Shown here in pieces: positions 43,497 through 57,994 of a DNA stretch of 64,000 nucleotides. The translations under genes were made by a program, and so were the position numbers. The stretch's first letter is position 1, and the number at the start of each line of letters is the position of its first letter. The notes under the pieces are model-generated. The model made no database searches, had not been told where the DNA came from, and worked only from the letters and a program-made list of their open reading frames with translations. Source of the stretch: Eledone cirrhosa. Lineage: Eukaryota. The stretch spans positions 49,352,001-49,416,000 of the forward strand of contig OZ024745.1 in NCBI GenBank assembly GCA_964016885.1, in the 5' to 3' direction.

Positions 43497-43571
43497 GTCG
43501 CCATTTAGCTTAATGGTAGAAGCAGTGAGCCGGAATTCTGGAGATACGGAGTTCGATTCTCTGTAGCGGCT
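43497..43571 (+). pseudogene. tRNA-like sequence (pseudo-tRNA or SINE head)
   Basis: Acceptor GTCGCCA/TAGCGGC with one mismatch, D-stem GCTT/AAGC, T-arm CGGAG-TTCGATT-CTCTG; the anticodon stem does not pair. Confidence 0.45.
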
Positions 43572-43748
43572 CCTGGCCGCTTTCTTTTCTGTCGCTAGGT
43601 GTTTTAAAACCTATTTTTTATAGCGATCAACTGCTGTCACAATTATTTTATGCGTTTGGGATACCCACGTTCTCAAAATTTCAAATGGTCCAGCGATTCA
43701 ATAATTTATAACAATAATGCACACACACATCATATATTTATATATATG

Positions 43749-43795
<47 letters not shown>

Positions 43796-44654
43796 GTACG
43801 TGTATGAATACACATCCGCATATACGCATAAACTTATATTTGAGCTACTAACTCAATATTATGTGAACCTTTGATTATGTGGTCGTCTGCAGCTTCCTTT
43901 ATCCTGAGGCGGTAGAACTGAGGGAATACCATGCCCCCCCCCCCCCCCCAATTATATTTTTCTCCCCAAACTACCAAAACACACATCACTTTGTATATGC
44001 ATTACAATTTATGTACATGTTATGTAAGGACAGATGGGAGAGATAGATATAGATATAGAGAGGGGGAGAGTTTGATGTTTGTTGATATAGAAAGACGAAT
44101 TTGAAGAGAGTTCCATGTAGTAAATATACAGAGGGGGAGAGTTTGGCATTAATTGATATAGAGAGGGGGATTGGAAGAGAGTTCCGTATAGTAGATATAG
44201 AGAGGGGGAGAGTTTGGTGCTAATTGATATAGAGAGGGGGATTGAATGAAAGTTTCGTGTAGTATATATAAAGATAGGGAGAGATTGGTGATAATTGATA
44301 TAGAGAGGGGGATTGGAAGGAAATGCTGTATGGTTGATGTAGAGAGGGACTTAGTTTGGTAGTAATGAATAGAAATATGGGATTTCTTGTAATGTTCTTC
44401 TTTCGTCACATAATGTTTTTTTAATGTAAAATATAATTATTATTAGATTCTTCAGCTGCAATATCAATATGAAATTTCGCCGGAGATAGATTAGCAAAAT
44501 TCAATAAGCGGGTATGGTGGTGGTGGAATACCCCCCCCCCCCCCCCCCCCCACACACACACGGGGGGGGGGTCTGGCAAATTAATAAGCAGCAGGTGGGG
44601 ACGATTATTGACGGACATAAGAATGAAAACTCAATACCGAAGTAGTGTTTAAAT

Positions 44655-44790
44655 ATTCAATTATGGCTAAGCCTTGTCGCTCTGGAGTTTCACCTGTGTG
44701 CTTACAGGATCATCAGACAAGAATGGTGATCCTGTGAGTGCGCAGGTGTACTTTAGAGTAACAAAGCTCACCAATAGCCACAATAAATGA

Positions 44791-44793
<3 letters not shown>
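44655..44793. mobile_element. Old decayed palindrome with hammerhead remnants in both arms, abutting (TA)n
   Basis: Minus 44673-44721: CTTGT-CTGATGA-TCCTGTAAGCACACAGGT-GAAA-CTCCAGAG-CG-ACAAG; plus arm TGGTGATCCTGTGAGTGCGCAGGTGTACTTTAGAGTAACAA. Confidence 0.65.
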
Positions 44794-44837
<44 letters not shown>

Positions 44838-44941
44838 TAAATTGGGTATAGTACCAGTTTCATGTGAAGAAGCTCGATATATTAACCCCTTGAGAAAGGG
44901 CTCAGAGCATAATGTTTAAAAATTATATATATATATATATA

Positions 44942-45185
44942 CAGTGGCGGTGGAACTGGGGGGGGGGGGGTGCGCCCCCCCCCCCCCCAATAATTATATC
45001 TTCTCCCCAAACCACCAAAACACATCTATTTGGATATGCGCTACAAGTTATGAACATGTTATGTTTATCGGATATCAAAGATTTCTGGCCATTTTAGAGT
45101 GCAAAGAGCTAAACTAATCCCTAAAGCTAAATTGTCCAAATTTTCCCCCCTCCCCTCCAATTCAGAAATGCTTCCACCGTCCCTG
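44942..45185. mobile_element. MITE with CAGTGGCGGTGGAA/TTCCACCGTCCCTG TIRs
   Basis: TIRs with G and C runs near the left end; partial homologues at 43906-44028 and 1-144. Confidence 0.65.
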
Positions 45186-46621
45186 TTACCAACATTATAT
45201 CGTACACTTTGGCTTAAATAACAGTTAGCGTAGAAGTACTGCGACTCTTCTATATTGCATAAACTGTTTTGTACTTATATATTTAGACTTATGTAACATT
45301 CTGTGAACAATATTGGCGATGTCTACTGACTTTGCTATGGCAACAGTGACATGGGATTCCCTAACGAAAACAAATATCATAAGTGAATTCTTTCGAACAG
45401 TTTTTGGCTTTTCTCAACGAAATTTACAACTTCTGCCGATATGCATTGCTGAATGATACATCCACACATACATACATACATACACACATACATACATACA
45501 TACATACATACATACATACATACATACATACATACATACATACATACATACACATACATACATACATACATACATACATACATACATACATACACGTTTG
45601 CAACCATCCATCCATCCGCCCATCCGCCCACACATACGCACATACTTACACGGCTCGGCATACTATGAACTTTGGCATAGTTTTCGCCCACCATATTCCA
45701 TTCACTATGCATTGGTTAATCTAATGCTACAGTTGATATTTCTCTAAGGTGCTGTGAGTGAAATCAAATCCGGAACATAGAGGCTACAAAGCGAAACCCT
45801 TCATCACACAATTATTCTTAGTAGTCAAATCATACACTGTAATACTATTATGTAGGTTTGTGGATTGGCAGAATTGGTAGTGCATTGGATATAGGTTGGT
45901 GGATTGACAAAATTTGCTAGAACGTCAAATATAGGGTGGTGGATTGACAGAAATAATAGACCGTAGGATAAAATACCATGGTGCTGTTTGTTCTGGCTCT
46001 TTGTACTTTGAGTTCAAATCCCGCCGAGGTCAACTTTACCTGTTCTCGTTCTGGCGTCGATAAAGTCAAGTTGCACTCAAATACTGGGGTTTATATAACC
46101 AACTTTACCCTTTCGTCAAAATTACTGACTTTGTGCCTAAATTAGAAATCAATTTTTAATAATGTATGCTTTGTCTAAAATTCCCTTTGGCAAGTCTTCA
46201 ACGAATGTACATTTTAATATTAATTTCATTGACCCATTAGACACAACACACGAATTTCATTCTATGTAATCTAAGGTATATTCTATGATCCAGTAAATTA
46301 GATAAATAAATGATTTCCTCAGAACGATATGTATATATGTCACCGAAAACATCTCGTCACTGGTTAGTTGCTTGTTCTATTTGCGTGTGTCTGGTTTGTT
46401 TTATTAGTTTGGTTCTTATATGTCTCTGTATGTCTTTTTCTGTTCCTTAATTACTAGTTGTGATGTGTTTGCTATTCAACTCGTAGTCTTGAGCGTCTGA
46501 GCATCCCTTTTAAGGGATGCACAGCTCACCCATACCACATGGGAAGGGTCTAGAAAATGTGACCTAAACAAAGCCTGTTCAGTCACCAAACTGGCCAGCA
46601 GCCTGCAGTTGGCAGTGGTTC

Positions 46622-46756
46622 ATAATTGTTTCTACTTTAGGCACAAGGCCAGCAATTACCCAGTGCATTACTGGTACTTTATTTTATCGACCCCGTAAGG
46701 ATGAAAGGCAAAGTTAACCTCGGCGGGATTTGAACTCAGAATGGCAAGGGCCGTAT
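46622..46756 (-). mobile_element. Young 5'-truncated SINE copy
   Basis: Near-identical reverse complement of the 3' two-thirds of 53374-53561. Confidence 0.85.
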
Positions 46757-47949
46757 AATGGCAGGGAATTCGTTGACGAGATGGCCGTCTTTTGTAAAGT
46801 GGCAGTTATCTTATATATAATCTGAAAAGGCAAATAACTAAATATATGAAGTTTGTGAACAGAAAACAATTTACTTGTATAATCAATTTAACAAGTTTAT
46901 AAACCTAGAATCTCATCTGTAGAAATGAAATTGATGTCCAGGTGATATCAATTTAAGTTAAATGGTGCAATGGATTATACGCCATTAAACTGCTGCTGCC
47001 ACTGAAGATGAGCAGAAGTAAAGGTCAAGATAAAGAACGATCTTAATCTGTCATAAGATTGTTATAATAGCAAATAAGGCAGCATGGATATCTATATCAG
47101 TCTCGCTGACGAGGATTAACTGAAAATTATTGGATTACTCTCAGATGTAGCACCGATATCGTTGCAAATTTAGAAATACATAATAACTGTTCACTCAAAT
47201 TTATCAACTTCTTCATCACTTACCATGATAAAGTGTCTTATGTTAATTTTCTTACTACGATTAAACACTTACATACACCGCAAAATGAATATAATAAAGC
47301 TGAGCACAGTTAGTACGTTCACTGCTTCTGGTTAGATCAACAATAAGTTACAAGGAGATTCGTTCTTCTAAGTCGTCTTTGACTTCTCTCTAAGTAATAA
47401 CTTAAAAAAACTTTTAGTCCTTCATCTGTAACAACAACAAAATTGAGTAAATTATTTTGGTTTATCTTGATAAAATACGAGATTCTTATTTATTTTCATA
47501 ATAGTGAAACAGTGATTATAAAAAGCTAAGAAGAAAAAATGTACTATTATGAATAACTCATAACGCACACTAATCTAAATTATAATTCATTAACAAGAAC
47601 TACATTTTGCTTATGACATAGGAAACATATTACTTAAAGGTTACTATGTAAAAATTATGACTTACAAATCTAAATATTTATATACTTATATTAAAATAAC
47701 AACCAAACAAAATATACGAGAGAGAAAAAATATAAAAAGTAAGTAGAAAGTAAACTATAAAAAATGAAAACAAATTGTATTATACAAAGAAGGTGATGGT
47801 GTGAGCTTTATAAATTCCTCTCATATTTTCCGCTTTAATTTCATTTATTTCGTAAATTGCTTTCCAAATTGTTTATATATTAATTTTTTGGAAGAGAGTA
47901 ATCTCAAACAAAATACATTGTCGGATTTTCGTTTCCTATGGTTTTCAAT

Positions 47950-49560
47950 GATCACTTGATAACCACTAAATTACATTAGTGTCAGATTCTATATTACAGG
48001 CGTAAGGAAAACACTTCTTAGTTTAACACATTTGTATAGCTGATATACAAGTGGAAACAATTCTTATGTTGAATTCATTAAGAAGAATCATGTTAACCAG
48101 TTTCGTTTCCGATACCGCAAATGAGGTTTGACATAAGGAGATTTCAAAATGACTGGTGCTTACTCGATGACCAGATGATAAGTTAAACCAAAAGATTTCA
48201 GTCAAAATTTGTTTTATTCTCAAACATTAGCCAGGTATATTTTTATAAACTTTTTTTAGGTGTGTGCCTAATCATAAGGAAACGCAACGCCCGTGGCCGT
48301 TTCTGAAATTATTGGGGAAAGGAAGCACGAAATCACAGAGCATAGATCTGATCTGAAACCTTACAACAGACTTCGTTAAATGCGCTCACGTACCATGTAG
48401 TGGTGTTAAACCATGTGATAAATTAAGCTTCGTTGCTTCAATTGGTCTTTCGGGAACTTTTCATGTATTCGCATTGACATTCTCTATACATGTCCATCGT
48501 GTATTAGATGTTAAAAAACACATTTTCTCAATTAAAGAGCAGCATTCTCATTATTCTATGGAAAGGAAATGTTTAAAATATCATAAAGCAAATAAGACTA
48601 AAAATGCCTTTCATTGTATATTGTCACTAATGTCTCTCCTGCCACATTTACTACGGTTTTGTTATTCCGAATATTATTTTGAAAACCTAATTTATTCACC
48701 GTGATAAAAGCTGTATCGAGTTCTTTTTGGGGAAGAAAATTAGCCAAGAAAAAAATCATATTAGCTGCAGATCCTTCAAATAGTTCAAATAGTTCAAATA
48801 GTCCATATATTTCTATAATTGGTATTCAGAGACAAACTAGAAATGAACAACGAAAATGTTCTATCATGACAAAATATAACTACTTTCACAGAAACGAATG
48901 TTGAAGTGAGGAGCGGGTGGTCGCACAAGTCTGTTAATGAAAACATTTCTTCTCGAAAGGAGCCATATATCATTTACATCAAACATTTATAATGCAGAAT
49001 TATTCCTCTCTCAAAATCTCATTCGTCTGAGAATTGAATTTATTTAGTTTCTGACGTTTCCTGGCCAAAGTCCTTGCCGAAGATGTTGAAGTACAAATCT
49101 GCCTATAATCTCATGAAACAGCTCTCAATTCGGGGGAAGAACAGGACCAAAACTCTAAAAGCAATGACAGAAGCAGTCGAAACAATTTCCAGCTGAAGCT
49201 AGTTGAGAAAGAACAAGCGATTTACACACACGACAAGTCTCCGATAGACATGTAGTTAAAAGATATTAAGAGAAGAGCAAGCCAGGAGTCATGTTCTGGA
49301 CTTGGCCTGGCCCACTTTGAAACGTAAGGAGTTAAAAGCTGAAACACAATGAGAGAAGGACATATTCTCTGACGATCCTCTAGACTTTTTTTGCTACTCT
49401 TTCTATTCTAAATGAATTTTCTCGGTTTAACAATACTAGAGGCCTTCTGAAAAATCAATTCTCACTTCTTCAGAAATAATTTCTATATTGTGATATGCGC
49501 AAACAGTATTTCCTTAAACTTTGTTGCATTGTTATTCTTGAACAAAATGTTTGCCCATTA
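47950..49560 (-). mobile_element. Highly decayed L1/Tx1-like ORF2 remnant
   Basis: Scattered motifs across frameshifts: VCAY…, FQKASS…LNRENS (compare FxxASGxxLNxxKS), SDLC…C…ET, NLICGI…VNMILL. Confidence 0.45.
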
Positions 49561-50134
49561 AACTAAAATAGTTATAATTTACAAGTTGTAAGTCAAATAT
49601 ATGATCGAACTCATTTATCATACTGAAAACAAATGATAAACATTTATCATATTGAAAACAGGGGCAAACGTATATAATGTCCAACATTTAACTATTTTAT
49701 GGTGAAATTTCATATGAATAATGTCAATTTAATTAATGACCGGTGTCAAATAATGTCAAGTTAATTAATGACCAGTGAAAAAAAAACATTATCGATCAGT
49801 ATGAATTTAATAATAGATTACAGCCGACTTTGCAGCTGACTCTCATTATTTAAGTCTGACGTGGAATAAACTGATTTAATCAGTAATTTTTAGGTGAGGG
49901 AAAAAGTCGGTTAAATCAACCCTACTACATTACTGGTACTTTATTTTATCGACCACTGGAAAAATGCCAAGAGTCTGAACAAATACCACACTGGCACTCT
50001 ATCCCACACTCTACCAATTCTGCCAATCCACCACCTTGCTGACGTGGTGTAAATATTCAATATTACATTGATAATCGTCTAAAAACTAATATTTGTAAAG
50101 CTTCGCAGCGAAATTTTGAGAAGGCTGTTTATGG

Positions 50135-50400
50135 TGTTTGGCTCATGAGTTCGATTCCAGGTGGAACGCTGTGTTCTTAAGAAAGACATCTTATTTCACG
50201 CTGCTCCAGTTCACTCAATTTGAAATAACGAGTTGTACTTGTAATTCAAAGTGACTTGTGTTACACTAAATCTCTCTTTAATTACATTAAAACTACACGT
50301 GTCTGTAGAATGTTCGGCCACTTTCATGTTCAGTTCTTAAGCAGACTGTTTCGTTGATCAGACAACTAAAATACTATCGTAGGACCTGACGGAGATCCTA
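50135..50400 (+). mobile_element. tRNA-headed SINE-like repeat
   Basis: B box GAGTTCGATTCC then GTGTTCTTAAGAAAGACA-CTTATTTCAC…CTCCAGTTCACTCA; body shares motifs with 56220-56375 (-) and 61100-61190 (-). Confidence 0.55.
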
Positions 50401-51873
50401 CATGCGCGCGCACAACTTAGTGTGTTTTTAGACATCGCGTCTGAAATACCACATAACCGTTGATAATTTTGAAATATAATATAGAGAAAACAACTTTTTT
50501 ATCATTACATCTAGAAGCAGCGAATCTTTTAGAAAATTCTGATGGGTAGTCTAATTTGGAAATGGTGTTTTCATAGATTGCATGTCGAAAAATTAGACTC
50601 CATTATATATATTCTATCAAAGGAAATCTTGTTTGACTAGAATAGCTTCATAATAATCAGTTTCCATATTAGCATCTCTCTTCATATAGGACTATATTAA
50701 ATATTAATTTACTGTCTTAATTAACTCCTAATTAAACAAATATATTAATAACCACACTCTGACAAACCGCAAGAAATTATTTATCACCATCTGTTGCGGC
50801 ATATATGTGTGTATGTATGTATGTATGTATGTATGTATGTATGTATGTATGTGCTTGTGTATGTATGTATGTGTGTGTGTATGTATTATGTGTGTGTGTA
50901 TGTATGCAAGCATGTATGTATGTACGTATATGTATTTATGTATGTATGTGTGTATGCATGTATGTATGTAAGTATATATGTATGTATTTATGTATGAATG
51001 TAAGCATGTATGCATGCATAAATGAATATGCTCGTGACTCATCTATAAAAATAAATACATACAGACATAATTATGTATATACACACTCACACACACACAT
51101 ACACACGCACAAACTCTACACAAACATACACACTCACACACGCACAAACACTACACAAACATACACACACATATACACACACACACAAACATAAGCACAC
51201 AAACACATACACACACACGGACACACGCACGAACACACACACACACTCATTCGCCACAGCTTGTAAAACAGAATTCAAATACAGAAGTAGATATGCAGAG
51301 TTATCAAATAATTGCACAACAGTAAGTATATGTGTGTATATATATTTATATATATCCGGGAAAGATGACCCCTTAGCCTTTGTCAAGGCAGAATTCTAGG
51401 AGAAGGAAAACTCAGATATAACACCTGCAACCCTGATGGTATCCAATGATGTTGACTTGTTCTTCTTTTTGGTAAATATCATCTTGGTTAAGAGAGTGGG
51501 ACTGGCTTTGTGCAGTTCCTTTGCTCACTATAAAAGCTTCACGGCACAGGCATTGATTTATATTTGGAGATCTCTCTGCACTTGTCATCACATGGTACCA
51601 TGGGCCCAGCACTATGTGTCAGTAATTGTCACAAGTGTAGTGTTTGTACCAGAGTTTTCAAGTCGCTGGCTGGACTAAAAAGTCACACTCGTTCAGCGCA
51701 TCAGTAGGGGTTCTCCTACATGGATATAAAGTAGTGACCGTACTCGAAAACGAGTTGGCAGCCACCATATATATATGTGTGTGTATGTGTGAGTGTATAT
51801 GTGTGTATATATGTGTATGTGTGTATATATGTATATATGTGTGTGTGAGTATATGTGTATGTGTGTATGTATG

Positions 51874-51916
<43 letters not shown>

Positions 51917-52151
51917 GCGTATGTGTGTATGTGTATATATGTGTATGTGGGAATATATGTGTATGTCTGTCTCTATGTATGTGTGTATATATATGTGTAT
52001 GTGTGTGTACGTATGTATGTGTATATATGTGTATGTGTGTATGTGTTTATGTTATGTGTATGTGTGTGTATGTCTATACAAAATTAGACGCATTACGTTT
52101 GCCTATTCCTATATGTATTTCCTGAGTTAGAAATAAAATTGTTATCATCAA

Positions 52152-52560
52152 AGGCGGTGGTTTGGCAGTATCGGTAGAGCGTCGAACAACAAGCTTTGTG
52201 GCATATAGTTACGGCCCTTTACGCATTGGTTTCAGTTTCTGCCGAGGTTAACTTTGCCTTTCATCCTTACGGGGTCGATAAAATAAAGTACCAGTAATGT
52301 ACTGGGTAATTGCTGGCCTTGTGCCAAAAGTAGAAACAATTATTTTATGGATTGGCAGTATCGGTAGAGGGTCGGACGCCATGCTTTCTAGCATAGTTAC
52401 GTCCCTTTACGAACTGAGTTCAAATCCCGCCGAGTTTAACTTTGCCTTTCATCCTTACGGGGTCGATAAAATAAAGTACCAGTAATACACTGAAATCAAT
52501 TTAATCGACTTTCCATTGCCACAAAAATTGTTGGCCTTGTTTCTAAATCAGAAACCATTA
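52152..52560 (+). mobile_element. Two head-to-tail SINE copies with different 3' tails
   Basis: 52152-52343 ends GTAGAAACAATTAT; 52348-52560 ends AAATCAGAAACCATTAT. Confidence 0.85.
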
Positions 52561-53068
52561 TCATTATCGTCATCGTCGTTAACGCTTTACTCCTTCTTCT
52601 TATCTCCCACTCCTACTCCCCCTCCTCCTCGTCCTCCTCCTCGTCCTCCTCCTACTACTACTACTACACATCATCATCATCATCGTTCACATATTTGTAG
52701 TCGTCATTATCATCATCGTCTTCATGTAGTGTAAGTGTGTGTGTATGTGTATTTGTGTATACATATGTGTATGTATGTACGTATGTATGTATGTATGTAT
52801 GTATGTATGTATGTATGTATGTATGTATGTATGTATGTATGTATGTATGTATGTGTGTTTTGCATGTATGTGTGGGGTCTGTGCGTGTTGTGTGTATAAG
52901 TGGGTTTATGTATGCGTGTATACCTGTGTATTTAAATAAACCTCCCTTTTGAATATCACTTTACCATTCCTAGTTGCCATTTTTAAATGTCAGTTGCATC
53001 ATTTTTGGTCATCTACTCATTAACTTCCATAAATGTTCTTGCAAAATACACACACACAGACACACACA

Positions 53069-53104
<36 letters not shown>

Positions 53105-53373
53105 GGCACACACACTGACGGACTACAGACACACACCACACACACATTCTCTCACACACACGAACAAACAAACAAATACGTACACATAGAATTGCGGTCA
53201 ACTTTAGGGTGGTTTCCGACAGATGGGGTTTCCGGCAGCTTCCTGCAGTCGGGAGGAGGTACTAGTCGGTTTAGGGTCATCTATGCCACTGGATCTATCT
53301 TATTCACAGCGGAGATAGTAGGACATGTGTACACCCCAACCTCATTATATGACTTCATTATGTACATATCCAT

Positions 53374-53561
53374 AGGGCGGTGGATTAGCAGTATCGGTAG
53401 AGGGTCGGACGCCATGCTTTACAGCATAGAGTTACGGCCCTTGCCATTCTGAGTTCAAATCTCGCCGAGGTTAACTTTGCCTTTCATCCTTACGGGGTCG
53501 ATAAAATAAAGTACCAGTAATGCACTGGGTAATTGTTGGCCTTGTGCCAAACGTAGAAACA
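53374..53561 (+). mobile_element. Young full-length SINE with a 17-bp TSD
   Basis: TSD ATTATGTACATATCCAT at 53357-73 and 53562-78. Confidence 0.92.
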
Positions 53562-54069
53562 ATTATGTACATATCCATTCCTGTAATATAGACTGTGTTT
53601 CTTGGAACACAGCGGAGTGGGTTATAGAGAGGAGGGGGCCTGTCGTTCCATGGTGACGGTTATCACGTGCTTTTGTGATGATACAATACCACTACTACCA
53701 TAGTTTCTGTGTCTGCGGGAAGTATGGTCTACAAAGCATCCAAAATGTTTATCATCGAATTCAATTGACAGCCGTAGGCATGAGCAAGAGTATGAATAGA
53801 TGCATTTGTGTACTGTGTAGAGAAAAATATTAAAATACACCACACACACATATATGCATACGCACATATATACATATACACACACACATGTATGTTTATA
53901 TATGCGTGCGTGTTTATGTGTGTGTGTGCGCATATGTGTGTCTTCTTCTTCGCCCACTTATTCCTGGCAAAGTCGTAACGGTGAAGTCCTCAGACACACT
54001 TTCCAGCGTGTCCTGTCAGAAGCAATTATCCTCAAGTGAGACCAGCCAAACTCATGAATAAGTTAGCCA

Positions 54070-54358
54070 ACGATCTTGCTTGGCGTCTATCTCTGGGTAT
54101 CCTGCCAGTTTTTTTTCCCGTAAAATCTGTCCATTGATTCATTCCTGATACATTCTAACCACATACCCATAGTATCGGAGCTGTGATATCCCAGTTCAGA
54201 GAAGTAGCGACTCTATCTGGAGTAAATCTCTGATCTCCGAGCTACACACTCTATTGAGTAACGGTACTCCTTTGGAGTACCGTTACTCAATAGACCGTTC
54301 GGAGGAACCCCATTTCGGCCGCTTGTATTCGCGATCGTATTCTTTCGATCATTACCAA
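54070..54358 (-). mobile_element. RTE-clade LINE 3' fragment
   Basis: ERIRSRIQAAEMG..R…SSEIRDLLQIESLLL…SQLRYYGYVVRM. Confidence 0.75.
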
Positions 54359-54364
54359 AGATTC

Positions 54365-54742
54365 ATGACTTTATTTTATCGACCCCATAAGGATGAAAAG
54401 CAAAGCTAACCGTGGCGAGATTTGAATTCAGAACGTAAAAATCCCAAACAAATACTACAATGGCATTTTATTCGATACCCTATCAATTCCACCAATCCAC
54501 CACCCTCACCATCCTTATAATAATGGTTTCTGATTTAGGCACAAGGCCAACTATTTTCGGGGGAGGGGAAAGTCGATTAAATCTCCCTCAGTACGTTATT
54601 GGTGATTTATTTTATCGACCCCGTAAGGATGAAAGGCAAAGCTAACATCGGCGGGATTTGAACACAGAATGTAAAGGCCTGTAACTATATGCCGCAAAGC
54701 ATAATGTCCGACGATCTAACGATACTGCCAATCCATCGCTCT
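54365..54742 (-). mobile_element. Two adjacent SINE copies
   Basis: TTTATTTTATCGACCCC-TAAGGATGAAA-GCAAAGCTAAC occurs twice. Confidence 0.8.
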
Positions 54743-55250
54743 TTCATAATAATAAAATTTCTATTTCTTTTCTCTATCCCTTTTTACATTGTATCCGTCT
54801 CTTTCCCCCCTCTAATGTTTCATTAATGTTTCTGAAAGTCATTGAGATTTAAGAATTCATTAAAATAGATTAGGTCCAATTTGGGATAAATGCCGATTAA
54901 ACGAAATTTATCACAAACCGGAGATTGGACAATCAAATTAAATGAGGACAGCTTGCAGTAGTTTCATAACATTATACACTGCAGATATCACTTGCAAGAA
55001 TTAGAATTTCCGGATTCGGCAGTAATGACTTCCATTATATACAATATATATTAAACAAACTCAACGCATTTTTATCAAATGTTGAAATGGAAATAAATGA
55101 GGATTGTTTGTTTAGTTCTTTCATTATCAATATTACAACTATCTAAATCTTAGGAATGACTCATTCGTGTTGCACTGGCGTTTGAAAAAGCTCTCGGTGC
55201 ACCTGCATGAAATACAGAAATTGTGGAAGAATAATTTTAAGGAGTATGAG

Positions 55251-55282
<32 letters not shown>

Positions 55283-55292
<10 letters not shown>

Positions 55293-55547
55293 TAAACGGA
55301 ATAGAAAATGCTGACAAATTGTTCACAGTTGAAAAATGGTTTAATTAGGAATAAAAGAGTATTAGTGATTGTATGGGTTAGTATTCAGTTAAAAACTTAA
55401 AGCCACAACTGAATACTAACCCATACAATCACTAATACTCTTTTATTCCTAATTAAACCATTTTTCAACTGTGAACAATTTGTCAGCATTTTCTATTCCG
55501 TTTACCAATATATAATAACTTGTGTGTTACACCTCTATTCTTTTAAC

Positions 55548-55549
<2 letters not shown>
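55283..55549 (+). mobile_element. (TA)n-embedded palindrome: arms of about 105 bp, 16-bp spacer, 35-bp tail; no hammerhead visible
   Basis: 55283-55390 is the reverse complement of 55407-55514; followed by ATAACTTG…. Confidence 0.85.
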
Positions 55550-55588
<39 letters not shown>

Positions 55589-55677
55589 TGTGTGTGTGTG
55601 TGTAAGAGAGAGAGAGAAAGAGAGAAAGAGAGCGAGACACATAAACATACAGATATACATATATATACACACACACA

Positions 55678-55778
<101 letters not shown>

Positions 55779-57994
55779 ATACTGTGATGTATAAGACATT
55801 TTCTGGAGTGATATTGACATGGTTAGGGGTATACTGAGTTTTGTCAGTTGGATTGACAACACAGCTTAAGTGTCGGACCTTGTAAACCTTGTGGTTCAAC
55901 TCCCGTCGATATCAACTTTGACTTTCATCCTTCGGAGGTTATGTCTCTTTCGCCAATATATATGAGTGAAGGATGTAAGCATCAGCGAGAATACCGAGAA
56001 ACTGGTCTACTTTGAACGAAACTCCTTATGATATTTGTTCAACCCCGAGTTACAAACACTCTATTGTTATAAACACCGTCAGAAACGAATTGTTCCAATG
56101 TTCGCTTCATCGAAAATCTATGACCAACAACACTACTCTTCACCAACTGTGATATACAACAAACATAAAATATAACTGTCATATATGTGTTTTCCTATTT
56201 CCATTATGGGTCCTCTGTCGGTTTTGACGATGAGTTTTCATCTGTACGATCAACTGAACGTCCGACTCGTCTTAGGGAGTATGTGCTTGAGTTACGTGTA
56301 CCCTTAACGCAATTCCCAGGCCGAACCAGTGTGACACAATGTGGGGCATGACTGGGTCGTTGAATTACAAATACAGTCCATCTGAGAGGCTTCCACACAG
56401 TTTCTGTCTGCTCAATTTCGCGAACTATCTTAAATTGAACCGAAACTACGGATTGAATCTGGGACTTCGTGATTCTTCTTAACCACCTAGCCATGCCTGC
56501 GTACACCTCATATTTTCTATACTAACTAATGGACATTGATGGTTGCCTGTTTGTTGGTGGAAGCAGTGTTTTAATTAAGGGTCATTATCTTAATAGCTAT
56601 TTTTGTGCTATAGCTCTAAGACACTGTCAAAATTGCACTCAATAACCTTCCACAACACGCATCTGATTTAACTCTAATTTTTGTTGTTGTTGTGGTTCCT
56701 TCTTTCCAATACCAATAAATCCTTGCAAAAGAATACAATAAAAAGTCAAAGACAACTTAATTCAGGCTGCTACTAACAACTAAAACCATAAAGAGATATA
56801 GCGAAATGTTAATTACTCTTTCAGCTCAGGCATTTGTTAACTTGGCATTGTAAAATAATTTAAACATTTGTCTGTGATATATTTTTTCCGTTGCAGACTT
56901 TGATAATGTGTACTACACCAAGACACACTTGCTTGCACGAACAGATAATCTAGTCCTTGAACTAGACACATGTCATCATGACTTTAACTCTTCTCTACGA
57001 CACTGTTTATGGTTAGTTATTAAACATACGATTCTAACTCCACTGTGAAAAGTAAACAAAGTGGTTACATTACAAGATTATTTAAATCTCTCCGTGAGCA
57101 GAAAAGGTGGAATCGATCTGATCAATTTATAATCTTTTTAGACCTTCATCAGTGAAAGAATATCCATCTTCTCAGTAGTATAGTGTATACAAACGAGAGC
57201 TCAATTAAACCGGTTATTCTAATTTGTATAACAGTGTATGCTCTCACAACGTAAATTTATTGACGCTCTAACAATTCCACTAATCCACCGCCTTGGATTA
57301 GTATTTTATTTTATCGACTACAAATGGATGAAAGGCAAAGTTGAGCCCTATAGGATTTGAACTTAGCGTAAAAGGTAGAAACAAATAGCCTACAACTTTA
57401 CTGATTCAGTACTTATATCGCCGGGATTTTATTTCACTGGTTTTTGCTTGCTTAAATTATAGTAAATAGAGGGATAGTAGCTAGGTAAATAAATAGTTTT
57501 GTTGAATAGCTCATATATGGAAGTAACAATAAAGGGATTGTTCTTTAACCACACAACCTAGACTATAAGGAACCACATCTCATCGTCATAGATTGCAAAC
57601 ACACATTATTATAGCTGATCAATTGTTTTGTTAAATTCTGCCATCGGCTACAAAAGAGGATAATGTAGACTAACAGTAATATTATTGTTCGGCCGATCGC
57701 GAGAGATAAGCTTTCAGTTAATGAAAATCGTGCAGGACTTAGTTTCTATTTCTAGTTGACGCAAGTTTACAGCAGAATGAGCCCGCATCTTACGCCGTCA
57801 ATTGTTTTCCCCATCTCTGCGTTATTAAAAATAAACGTGTATCTTCAAGACCATTATATAAAAGGGCCTATTATGTACATCGATGTCAGGTTCTCTGGAC
57901 TTTGGAGGCTGAGTCTTCGACTTTTCTTTCACACATTTGGTGATACAGGAGAATTACGAGTTTTACGGATTCTATAAATATATATATATATATA

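Noticed and set aside
56880-57050. Strong splice-acceptor-like site followed by a short open frame (similar sites near 29390-29475 and 57750)
   Set aside because: No recognisable protein similarity or consistent exon chain; needs RNA-seq
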